From Perna viridis (Eukaryota): 64,000 nt of DNA. Made by a program: the position numbers and the translations under genes. The notes under the pieces are model-generated. The model searched no databases and was not told the DNA's origin. It saw only the letters and a program-made list of their open reading frames with translations. Positions 52,380-64,000 of this stretch are shown piece after piece. Position 1 is the stretch's first letter; each line of letters begins with the position of its first letter. The stretch is taken from assembly GCA_037379345.1 (NCBI GenBank), contig CM074512.1, forward strand, positions 59,169,597-59,233,596. Direction: 5' to 3'.

Positions 52380-54422
52380 ACCAGCAATCAAAGTCACCCT
52401 TTTTTCCATACTGTTTCTAAATTCCGTTTCTAAGTTTTTCTTCGACTTTCAATTTAATACTGTATATAGAGCTATTAGCATGAATAGAAATAAGAACAAA
52501 GAATATTTAATATGATATGAAAGGAAATATGAATGCAAGAAACTATTATAATAATTCCACAGAAGTAAAAAAAAAAGGGGGGAAAGATATAGAAGACCAA
52601 AGGGCTTTGAAAAAATTATGGAAAAAAACATAAGAAACAATTTCCTTTCTTCAAATGGCAACCAGAGGGAGCAGATATTTTTTTTCCAAAACTGGCAAAT
52701 GGCAAATGGATGAGATAAGCATGCATATGCCAGGTATTTATGAGTCAATTTGTCACTTCAATTCTATAGAATAAAATTTCCTTCATTTGAGAGCCCAAAA
52801 CTTCTCCCATCATGTGATTATATACATTAACTACAAAACCACATTATATGTACTGAGCTTTACTAAACAGACAGTAAACTGCTCTTTTCATGCAACATTC
52901 AATTATTTGGTGCATTACAAAGTTCATCAAATTAATATTTATGGTAATATAACTTCTAATGATGGAAATAGATTTCCACTTTTTACATCCAATTATAACA
53001 TAAATATCATGCTGTAAAATGCAAAAACACTGTCTTGATTTCATGAACGTATTGACTGAATTTATTAAAAAAAGAAGCTAAATTTCCAATCCAAGGCTGC
53101 ATATCCCAACATGTTTGCTTCATCCTCAGCTGAGCAGATTATTCTAATTGTTGTATTCATTAAAAAAATTCCACCAAACCTTTTATTCCCACAATTTCCA
53201 AATTGAAGTTGTTGCTATAACACGAAATATTCTACATGAATTAACAAGGACAACAAGTGTCAATATGCTCTTACTCAATGACAATTCACTCCCTGACACT
53301 CTAACCCTCTCCTGAGAGATTTTCATCAGCTAAGGTAGAAAATGGTGAAACTTGTGTATTAAATAACTGACCATTTAGTGCAGTTCTATAAAAATCTCAT
53401 GTAATCTGTCTAAATATTTGCTAATTTTGATCCAATTTGATCTCATGAGAGCTTTGAATTGAATTTGAATCATGACAATAGGAGAAGCTAAATGCATTAG
53501 CAACAAATTACAGGATTGATTGCATGTCTAATCATAATAATCAAGCATTTATCTGCAATATAAAATTGCATGTGACTCACTGATGTCAACTACAAACTGT
53601 GTCAAGCAAATTTGGTTAATGCAAAAGTCATTTTTGTGTTTATTGTTTTTGTATATATGGAATGTAAAAACCCATAGAGAGAATTTGTCACAGAGCAAAA
53701 CTGCACTCAAAGAAGGAAATAGATGTGCACTTAATCAAACCCTGATTCATGACACTATCTATGTGTTGGTTCAGTTCAGTAAATGAAAAATTCTAATATA
53801 CATCTCTATATAATCAACAGACTGCTACAACATTTTTATGGTGGATTCATATTATAAGTTTGTTTTTTTACATCAAAATTCTACAGAGGTCATTAGCTAC
53901 CAACTCTCTACTGAACCGACATTGCAAAAGACTTGTACCATTATAACAGGCCATTTTCCATCTCTCATTACATTGAGATTCGTGGTCAATACATTTGTAG
54001 TCATATGTGGTAAATGTGGCATGTTTATTGACAAAACTAAACAATCTACCCCATAGCAAGAACACAGTATTATCAAGTGTTTTTTTGTTAAGCCAGTAAA
54101 TGAACCCATCATTTCCTGCTAGTACAACAGTAAGGCCTTTAGACAACTGTATCTACCACCATAATTCAAGTACTTATAACAAAATAAACCTATTATTATT
54201 GTTGATGGATCAATTAACACCAAATGAATAAAAATATTTTGTTAAACTTTTCCAATATGGTGTTTACCAAATTCCTCTCAGTTTTTTCAGTGAACCATGT
54301 AACAAGGAGGTGGAGAAGAAAACATATAACTACTCAAACAAAGGTACTGTAAGTCCATATATCATTTCCTACCACCTTTTAGGACGTCTTATGAATCCCA
54401 AGTTCTATTGAATATGATTCTA

Positions 54423-54463
54423 ATGCTCCTGATGAGAGGTTACTCAAAACACGTGTACAGCAT
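54423..54463 (+). ncRNA. Minimal type I hammerhead ribozyme relic (Penelope-type), probably inactive
   Basis: atgct-c-CTGATGA-gag(gtta)ctc-AAAA-c-acgt-g-TA-c-agcat. Stems I, II and III are present with a palindromic loop 3, but the core GAAA reads AAAA. Confidence 0.6.
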
Positions 54464-55055
54464 ACTGAAATATGCAATATTAATATGATATCTGAAACAA
54501 GTAACCATTCAGTTTAAACATTTAGTTCTGTGTCAAAATTTCTACAAGCCATTCACAAAGTTAAAACCAAAAATCTCCAGCAAAGTCAAGAATGATTTTG
54601 AAAGCTTTGAAAACTCATATTGTCAATTGGTTTATAGAAAATAACAGTTCCTACAGTACTAAACACCTTCCTTGTCATACTGGTGTGATAATTCTTTACA
54701 TCAGATAAAATTTCATTGCATGATAAATTTGGTTAGTGAACAGACAAGCATGACAAGTGCATGCTGAGAAATTTGGCATCTATAAGTACCCCAAACAGTG
54801 ATCCAATATTAGTCATCTCTATATGTGTCCTAATAAATAGAACAATTTCACTTTTTGTCTAAGTCTTGTTCATTCCTAGTACAAGTTATAAGTACAGGAG
54901 TTAAACTATGATTTTTTTCCATTGTAATACTCATTTCAAGGAATAGAATCTTCCTTCTTAAAAACTGGACAATTGACAAAGATATTCAAATTTTTTATCA
55001 AACTCAGAAGTACCCATGAAATAATAAAAATAAAGAGCTGTGCAATAGTCATATG

Positions 55056-55308
55056 CATACCTGCCAACTGTCACTATTTGTGGGGTTTCTCCCACTTCAG
55101 GGATCTAAAATTTAAATAATGAGTAATATTGACCACAGTTTACAATTCAAGATTAAAAAAAGTAGTGCTTAAGATTTGTTTTGTAATGAAAAAAAACTAG
55201 AATACAACACCTTCATGAATTGAAGGACCCTGAAAGGATACTCTTGGTTGTTTCAGATTATTTCATGCACAAAACCTCCATGGACAATTTCCAAAGTTGT
55301 CAGGTATG
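55056..55308. mobile_element. MITE with CATACCTGCCAACT TIRs
   Basis: catacctgccaact ... agttgtcaggtatg (13/14). Flanks catatg/cgcatg may be a degenerate 6-bp TSD. Confidence 0.75.
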
Positions 55309-55469
55309 CGCATGATACGTATGTCGGCTGATATACAAAACAACATTAAGCATTTCTAAGTCCCTTAATATTGTTCATTCTGGGACAATATTTGCTAGAC
55401 CTACAAAGCCATAAATATTTGGAACTTCAAAACTTTTTCAATACTTTTATGATTTATAGACGACTGATA

Positions 55470-55990
55470 GAGCAGGAAAACAGAAAACCACCCCTGCATT
55501 ATAAAAAAGTGCCAAAAATTGAAAACATGAAATCAAAATTTTATTGAAAACAAAAAGGAAACTGTGACCATGCATACAAAGAATATTTCAAAGATTTGTG
55601 GTCTTGGTTGAAAGCATTAGAGGGTAAAAATGGATAAACACACCTCTCTTTTATATGAAAAAGTGCCAAAAAATTGACAACTTAAAATATGACTTTTATA
55701 GAAAATGAATAAGTGTGTATGACAATGGATACTATGACGATCTCAAAGTTTCAAAGCATTTGCTAATGTCTTTTTTTAGTTAGATCTTGAAAATGGGAAA
55801 ACCATCCTCTTTTTTTATGAAAGTGCCAAAAATTGAAAACTTGAAACCGAAATTTTATAGAAAATAAAAGCGAGTCCAAAACTATGTACACAAAGAATAC
55901 TCTTAAGTTTCTTGGTATTTTTCAGTTAAAGCGTGAAAACAGAAAAGTCTACCCTCTTTTTTAAAAAGCAAAAATTCCTATATCTTAAAA
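55470..55990. repeat. Degenerate ~155-160-bp satellite-like tandem array (about 3 units)
   Basis: aaagtgccaaaaattgaaaac...ttttatagaaaa recurs near 55506, 55660 and 55820. Confidence 0.7.
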
Positions 55991-56064
55991 ACTAAATGAT
56001 CAAAGTAAATGTAAAATTAATATGATAAAGCTGCTTCAAGTTCATTCTTTCACCATCTTCCGCC

Positions 56065-56415
56065 ATCTAGATATTCATTACAAGCTCATTTTTCAATTAT
56101 CTATCCACTCTCGTGAAGTACCCACTACAAGCTCATTCTTTCAACATCTTCCTACCTTCTATATACTAACTACAAGCCCTCTTTTTTATTGTATACCCAT
56201 TCTCCTGAAGTACCCACTACAAGCTCATTTTCTCATCATATTCCCACTCTCTAGATACCCATTACAAGCTCAGTCTTAAATTTTTTACCCTTCTGCCTGA
56301 TGTACCCACTACAAGCTTGTTCTTTCATTATCTTCCCTTTCTCTAGACACCCATTAAAAGCTTGTTTTTAATTGTATACCCACCCTCCTAATGTACCCAT
56401 TACAAGCTTATTCTA
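56065..56415. repeat. Degenerate ~40-50-bp minisatellite
   Basis: taccca(c/t)tacaagct recurs about 8 times. Confidence 0.8.
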
Positions 56416-58053
56416 AAATTGTAACAGCTGTAAATCTATGAACAACAAATAAAAATGATATGATAAAAATTTTATTTGGAATCCATAATGAAATGCTTTT
56501 ATTTGAAATTAGATGCAGAAAATATTTCTTAGATCAATAAATAATGCTATTAATAGACTATATAATGATATTCTTTATAAGTTATCTGCTTCACTGGTTA
56601 CAACTTAATCTAGTTTTAATGAAACTGATTCAGTGAGAATTGTGTCAACAACTGAATTTCATCTTCCAATGATCAATCTTTGAAAATATTATTCAGTGAT
56701 AAATCCTTTTGGTCAAAAATAAACATTACAGCAATGAAACAACTTGCAAATTTGCAATGGCATGGTAGAGTTGCTTCCCTTATTACATAAACGTGTATTC
56801 TTATGTTTTTCTAATCAGAAGTATTGGTGTTTACAATATATCACAAAATATAACCTTGCTAATTACATCAATAAAAAACAACTTCTATTTTATGTATTTT
56901 CTCATACTGTTTGATACTGGTGGTAGTACAACTGTAAAGCAGATTCAATTCCTTATTCTATTGTTTAACATCAAATTCTTAATCTGCCATCTTCACCTTA
57001 AATCACTTATAAAGATATATTTTTTTTTTACAGTGATTGGGATTAGAGGGGCCATGTGCTATTTGTCAAATTCCAGCTGAAAATATCCTCTTAAAATCAG
57101 AAATTATTACAAAGGATATGTTATAGCATGGCCTATTTAAATTCTGTAGATAATAAAACATGGCCCATTCTCAGAATTTTAATCTACATTGCTCTTTTTC
57201 AAAATTATTAATAAAGTATAATAAAACTAAAACAACAAACACACATAAACAAAATAATGACAGAGATTTGAAAGAAAAAGATAGGCATTGTCTTCCGTAA
57301 ATGGACACAACCAGTGAAAGACAAAGTCACATACTCTTGTCTTTACTCACTAACCAATCATAACAACATTGGCAATGTCACAGGCCATTTGTGTTTTGGC
57401 AAGGTGACATTAAAATGACAGTTATCAGAAATGATTGAGGTAGTAGCCTTGACTATAGGTTGATTGCTTATAAAATACAGCAAGTTTTTTTTCGAAAGAA
57501 ATACACTTTTCCTTAAAGCAATGAAACTGAGATTTCTTTCACTTGTGTGAAAAATTCATTGTCTTATTACAGAAATAACGATTTGTAACATTGTGTTGTG
57601 ACACAAAGGTTTTTCTTAAAAAAAACTGCAAGAGTTTAATTCCAGTTTTGATATTTTAAAGAAGACCAAAAGAATAACCTAAGTTCATAAAAAAAGGCAG
57701 GTAAAGAAACCATTTATTCAATAAAAAGTCATGAAAAAAAGAATTTTAAAAGCAAAGATAAGAGGATTAGTATAAATTGTTTTATACACACCCAGCTAAA
57801 TATCAGCAATGAAGGGAAGAGTAACAGAATTACCTCCCCTATATCAGTCATCCCATCTCCCCAGAAGACAAAAATAAATGGTATTAATTTTTCCACTAAA
57901 TAAACAGTAGAAACAAAAACACAAATAATTTGATATAACAATCATATGAATCATAAAGGTTCACTATGGAGTTAAGAACTAACCTTTATTTTGCTGACCT
58001 TTGAACTTTGACTTGTAGTTCATTAGTTTCATGAGCATTACAATTAGACATAC

Positions 58054-58104
58054 TGCTAACACTGTTGTCATGTAGTAATCATCACTGCCATCAGGTTCTT
58101 CACC
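58054..58104 (-). CDS. Candidate upstream 51-nt symmetric (0-0) exon
   Basis: ctattttacctccag|GGT...TTA GCA|gtatgt. Only frame 0 is open and gives GEEPDGSDDYYMTTVLA. Confidence 0.4.
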
Positions 58105-61100
58105 CTGGAGGTAAAATAGATAACAGTTGATAACACTTTAAAAAATAAAAACAATTGCCCTTTCTTTAAACAGCACATATACACAATAAATTACATTCAT
58201 GTAGCTACACTAAATTAATGAAAAATATAAGATTCTGTTTTAACTGACATTACAATTTATAGTTACGAGTATAAGCTTACAGTAATAAAATATGTAATAA
58301 TATATGTTTTGAGTTTCCAACAAAAGTATTATCACACTATGTGTCATATAAGTATTTAGCTAGGTTACAAAGTTATTGTGATGGAAAATTCATAAAATAA
58401 AATTTTTTTTTTATATTTTGTTCTTTTGATTTTTTCTAGTATGCAGCTGTTTAGTATATTTAAGAAACCTAACATTACTCCTTTAAACAAATAATCCAAT
58501 TTAATGGATTATACATTTCAGAATCAACTTTGAATCAGATCTTACAACTTCCACTTTGATGTAGATATCATTTCCTGTCTGTACAAAGCTGGATTTCAGA
58601 AGGCCTGTTGGCTGCTGAATATAATAGCCTGATATGGTCTGAAGATCTAAGCTAAGAAAAGATCTGTCAGAAGTTCCCAGGACTACATCAGTCTGAAAAA
58701 GGTAAGCATTAAGAAATTTATGCTAAGAGTTGGATCATATAAGGAAGGCACTACAAGTGAAGGATTATGGGCAGTGTTTGAATTGTGTTAAAATTGGAAT
58801 GTGGCAAGTTCTCCACTTATGGTCATGTACCCAACAAGAATATGAGTGATTTTCCTTCGGTCTGTTAGGTAATGTTACAGACTGAAAGTTTATTATCAGC
58901 ACCTGGTATACCAAATTTGATATCTTTACCATATTTGCCAGGTTTAACACAACAATGTACCATATTATACAAGGAGATCACTTGTGGGAGGAGGGAGCTA
59001 ATTTTCAAGCAGTTCACTAACATTCATAGAAATATTTGCCATCTGAATTATTAAACACTATGTTAGCCTAATGATGTTTCGAACAACTGGGCCCAAGTGA
59101 TTTACTAATTTGTTAATGAAGGAGGCAAAAATATTCAAATTAAGAATTTTCACAGTAGTAAAGACAATCCTTGATTTAAAAAAAATCCTCCAAATCAAAG
59201 GTTTAGGTTACATAAATATAAGTTAACTGGTACACTATCCCATGAATTCACGTCATTACATACTATGTTCAGTAAAACAGGAAAGTTAGATTGACAGGTT
59301 GGTATTTACAATACATAAAATGCATGTGGTAAGTATGAACTTTGCCCTCCTGATGCATTTCACATTTACATTCTAGCATGCACAAACACATCAACAATGG
59401 TGGGAAAATCTTTATTAAAATAAACTTTTAGAAACACTTGTTTGAATTCACTCCTGGTACACTATCATCAAATTAGCTCAACTTTTTATACCTGTCTGGC
59501 TGTCCTATTATATTACTTTAAAAGTTGCTTGATTATGTAATTGATTGTCTATAGGGTTAAAGTAAGTACATTCTATACTAATGTACAGACGCCTATAGAA
59601 TATACTGTACAAACCAAGTACCAAGGACAGTGTATTAAATTAGCATATTATACTACTTAATGATGTTTTAAAGGAAAAAAATTATACATAAATGGGGTTC
59701 TTATCACTTAAATAACCCCACTTATAAACATTTTTTATTTGGACACTTAGACCAAAGAAAAGTGCTTAGTATTTGTACATAATGGACTATCAAATTGTGT
59801 TCTGTGGAAATATCTCTGTGTAATAGCTATACAGCTGTTTCAAGTTAATATACAGAACAATAACTCTCAATAAAGTCACAATACAGTTTTAATATAACAC
59901 CATAGAAATGAATGAATATGAGCAATTTGAGGACATTCATTCATATACATGTATTTTCTATATATTTTCATTCAGTATAAAAATTCAACCTTCATTTGCA
60001 TTTTGCACAAACATTAAAACCACAATTTTTACCCTATGACGTATTTATTTCAACACAGAGACAAGGAAAAAACATATTTTGACAAATACACTTCTGTGTA
60101 AAGAATACATCAATTTCACACCTCAGTTCCCAGCAATACAAGACAACTACCATAAAAACACTATGAATAAGGACAGACAGATATGCACAGTCATCTTTTA
60201 CAGATACAACATTCCATGGTTCATTTCCCCCCATTCATAGACTGAACATCGTTACTACATCATAGTGATCAATCAACAGTATAACACTTAGTCCAAACCT
60301 CAGCAAGGAAATGTGTCAAAGATCACATTACCAATACTCCAGTCAACAGCTATAGACAGAATCTTCTTTGTCCCAGTTAGTCAAAAGACAAAATTTCTAA
60401 TTAAAATGATAGCAATCAAGTTAAATGTGTCTACAGTTCATACTATAGACAGATTAAGTAATATTGTTGATGTTCCTATGATGTACCATAGTCTTCTTAT
60501 GTCTTTATTGTTTTATATTGACATAAGTTTTCAGTATAAAACCATTACTTTGTTTTATAATACATATACTTTGATAAAATCTTTCTTTAATATTGTTTTT
60601 CAATATTGTTATTGGATTACATCACAGAAAAGAAATATCAAAGCAACTGAGACTATTGTTACGAGCTTTAATTTTTACCTAGGCCTCTCCATTTATGTTA
60701 ATTTTGACTACCTTACTAAGTAGTTCATCATTTTATCATTTATCAATGCTTTATAAATGAAAATTTTACTATCTTTATAGATCTCCACTGCTAGTTTCAG
60801 ATTTATAACCATTCTGAAGTACAATAAATATTTTTTTCTCTGACAGATGTCAGACAACATTAAAAGACTTATCAACTACTAACAGGATATAGTTCTTTTC
60901 TACCAGTATAAAACTAGACCTACATTTTGAATCAATGGAAAAACATTAAAACAGAAAGACACCAATAAATCAAATGTATTTGAACTCGTTTATTACATAA
61001 TATAAGACAGTCCATAAGTAATAAAAGACTCCTTGTAACCATAATAAATGTGTAAGAAGACAGGATGTTACTGAGACCATACAAGATATATCTCCACCTA

Positions 61101-61517
61101 CACAACAACTTCTATTCACATCTCTTAAGGAATTTCTATTTTCAATTGATAATTCAGAAAACTTCTGACAATTCATTCTGAGAAACATCAGAAAATGTTA
61201 AAGTAGCAATAACAAATTTTAAAGTTTTTGATCATCCAAAAACACAAAATTCCCAAGATTACTCAGAGCTGTAATTTGGGTTCAGTTATAGAATACTGCT
61301 TTTTTTGTTTTGTTAATTTTTTTCCCAGAAATAAATTGATGTCAAAGAGAATGATATCATGACATCTAGTCAATGACTTAATCATGGCATCAATAAATCA
61401 TGATATCTAGACAATGATTTAATCATGGTATCAACATATCAGAGTCGGATACAAAATGTTTAAGACTGAAAAACTTGCAAGACTTCATATTATACACTAC
61501 AAGTGGTTAATCATTAG

Positions 61518-61879
61518 ACATTGTTATACACATATAATGTTGCATGACACTGTGATACACATGTAAAGCTGCAAGACATTGTTATACACATGTAATGTTG
61601 CATGACACTGATGGTTATACACATGTAATATTGCATGACACTGTGATACACATGTAATGCTGCAAAACATTGTTATACACATGTAATGTTGCATGACACT
61701 GTGATGGTTATACACATGTAATATTGCATGACACTGTGATACACATGTAATGCTGCAAAACATTGTTATACACATGTAATGTTGCATGACACTGTGATGG
61801 TTATACACATATAATGTTGCATGACACTGTGATATACATGTAATGCCACAAGACATTGTGATACACATGTAAGGCTGCA
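61518..61879. repeat. 29-bp minisatellite with a 93-bp higher-order structure
   Basis: Unit atacacatgtaatgttgcatgacactgtg with variants arranged 29+29+35. Explains the C/H-rich ORF 61524-61880. Confidence 0.9.
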
Positions 61880-63254
61880 CAAAATACAGTTACGACATCA
61901 TACCTTACCCAGACAATAATAACACCATAGTTAAGTATTTGTTCAGAACTACAGTAAGTAGTCACAGGTGTATAACTACAAATAGTGACAATAATTATAC
62001 TATACACTGACATATCTTTGCACTTCCTATGTCTTAGTAGGGGGCAAACTCTACAAGGAAAATGTTTACCATAGATTTATGATTATATGGCTGACTTTTA
62101 AAAACCATTCACGTTTATTCAAATCATGATAAGAGCAAAACTATCACAATTCTAAAGTGGGACAACAAAAATCTTTTTGGCATTGAATACAGGTGTAATC
62201 CTTCCAAAACAGCATAAAACCCCACAAAATGTCTATGATTATCTCTTATTCAGGCCAGTGCCAATCAAGTCTCTATACTGGCTCTCCAATTGTGTTCGAA
62301 AGATAAAAAAAGACAGCTTTTCATGATTATAAGTGCTCTTTCATTTAAAGAAATAAGTGTAGACAGAAAATCTACATAATAAGGTAAACTGCATGTAGTT
62401 AAATGAAATATAAACCCATGGCTCATGAAATGTAAGAGCAAGAGTATTGAAACCAAATAGGGTATAATTAAGGTATTCAAGAAACCAAGATAGGACTATA
62501 AACCACCATTAATTCCCTGTATGGCTCATATGATTTTGCATACTTCAACAGATTTGCTAACAAGATTTTTGTAAATTTTGGTATAAGCTCACAAATCCTA
62601 ATACTTTAAAATATTTATTCCTCTGGGTATAAAATGTAGCCCATTTTCTTTGTTTCATTTGCTAAGCAGATTAAAGATGATTTTTTTACAAGTAGTTACT
62701 TTCCTTGGGCAAAAAGTTAACAAGTCAAACATCAAAGAAAAGCCAACAATTGATTGTGTTTAAAATATATGATAATCTTTAACTGTAATGATTTTACTCA
62801 TTAAAAGGAATTAAGTGTATTAAGGTGTAGATATCTAATAAAAATTCTGGAGACCCTTTGTTTACCAAACTGACTAGAAATGTGTTGTAGAATGATAGAA
62901 CTTATACTTGTTCTGCAAGTCATAGATTTTATTACATGTAAGTTTCTGAAACTTTGGATGTTATGGAACAGTTGAAACACATTTTTCATATTGAAATTCA
63001 CTCTTGCATTTTAATCATTTGCATAAAAACTGTGTTAACTTCAAGCATCCACAAAAGGAAAATATGTAACACAAAACTCAATAAGCATTTTGAAATTTTA
63101 TATTTGAATGAATAAAAATGTGTAAGTGTCAACAAAGAGTTTTCAATTATTGTTAAACATACATTCTATATATCTAGAGAAAGCAAATGTAAACACACAA
63201 ATGAGCAAGAAAATAAAAGAGCTGGTGACGGCTGTTTGGTGTTTGTTATTGTGT

Positions 63255-64000
63255 TTTAGTTTAAACATATTTTATTGCAAATAAAGCAGTAAGATTGGAC
63301 ACAAGTGAAATTCCACTTATAAAGTCCTCTCCAGCTAGATACAATTGACAAATGGTAGTTAGAGCATGATTTCATAATATACATGATTCGATATTATAGT
63401 ATGTGCATGTAAGGCAAAAAATATATAAAACAAAAAAATTTAAATAAAGGGTGGAGTATGTATATAAAGGGAGGAAAAGAAGAGGAAGATGAAAATTTTG
63501 ATGGAATTGAGAACACTATAACTCAACCACTTAAAAGTCTAGAAATCTGTCAGATCCTTTAATAAAGTTAAGGACATATTTGAATATTTTTGTCATCAGA
63601 CAGTTAAGAACTTCCACAAATGAGTATTCTTACGTCTATTTCCTGTCCTTCTGGAAGCCAATTAATTTTATATCATATCAGTATTAAATCTGCATATCTA
63701 ATTGTTAAATCAAATTTGTTCCACTCACCAATTGTGGAGGGGATGCATGACTCTGGGGTCAATGAAAGATGACAAAATAGAACTATAACGTCACTGTTCC
63801 GTAAGAGATATTGACTAATGTTTTGGATGGAAGGGGGACCAGTTTGGTAAGATATTCAGGGGCATATCATAAAACTTATGCAATCACCGTTTTCTTCATC
63901 ATTCATGCAAGGCTTCCCATCTTACCTCTCTATACAAAATCTCTTTACTTATGAATGTTGGTAGACCAGTTACAATTCTAGCTGCTTCAAGTTGTAAGCT
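63255..64000 (-). mobile_element. 3' part of a decayed CR1-type LINE (ORF2 C-terminus and 3' UTR), continuing beyond the window
   Basis: Minus strand from 64000 reads LQLEAARIVTGLPTFISKEILYREVRWEALHE*...APEYLTKLVP../SIQNISQYLLRN..CIPSTI, and ends in caataaaaatatgtttaaactaaaac. Confidence 0.8.

Noticed and set aside
61357-61440. Two-copy ~41-bp direct duplication (a similar one lies at 20270-20350)
   Set aside because: Ordinary local slippage duplication with no further structure.
61909-61948. Possible 40-nt minus-strand exon (SEQILNYGVIIVW)
   Set aside because: Weak pyrimidine tract and adjacent to a minisatellite; no independent support.
25365-63001. Numerous 60-136 aa ORFs in the track
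   Set aside because: Their F/L/I/K-rich composition is typical of random AT-rich DNA; they have no recognisable motifs or consistent splice structure.
63921-64000. Apparent exon ending GAG|gtaaga
   Set aside because: The peptide LQLEAARIVTGLP is LINE ORF2 C-terminal sequence, not part of the host gene.

Overview
Eukaryotic, AT-rich genomic DNA, most likely a bivalve mollusc judging from the repeat families (inference, no database check). The main content is one large minus-strand spliced gene. I reconstructed 13 phase-compatible GT-AG coding exons between 15693 and 4551 (4716 nt, 1571 aa plus stop), and three more candidate exons lie far upstream (23958-24008, 43821-43900, 58054-58104). The predicted protein has an architecture I do not recognise: an N-terminal hydrophobic segment and an RxxR motif, one EGF-like domain, a TNFR-type cysteine-rich module, a long Cys/beta-rich ectodomain, and a C-terminal five-TM module with two helical extracellular loops (prominin/tweety-like topology). 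The rest of the window is intronic or flanking DNA. It holds decayed CR1/L2-type LINEs at both ends, Penelope-like remnants (including a minimal hammerhead ribozyme relic), Helentron-associated (HINE/pearl-like) elements, several MITEs, two ~61-bp retroposon tails with TSDs, a tRNA-related repeat and several minisatellites. Most ORFs in the supplied track are spurious or repeat-derived. I found no CRISPR array, rRNA or intact tRNA.
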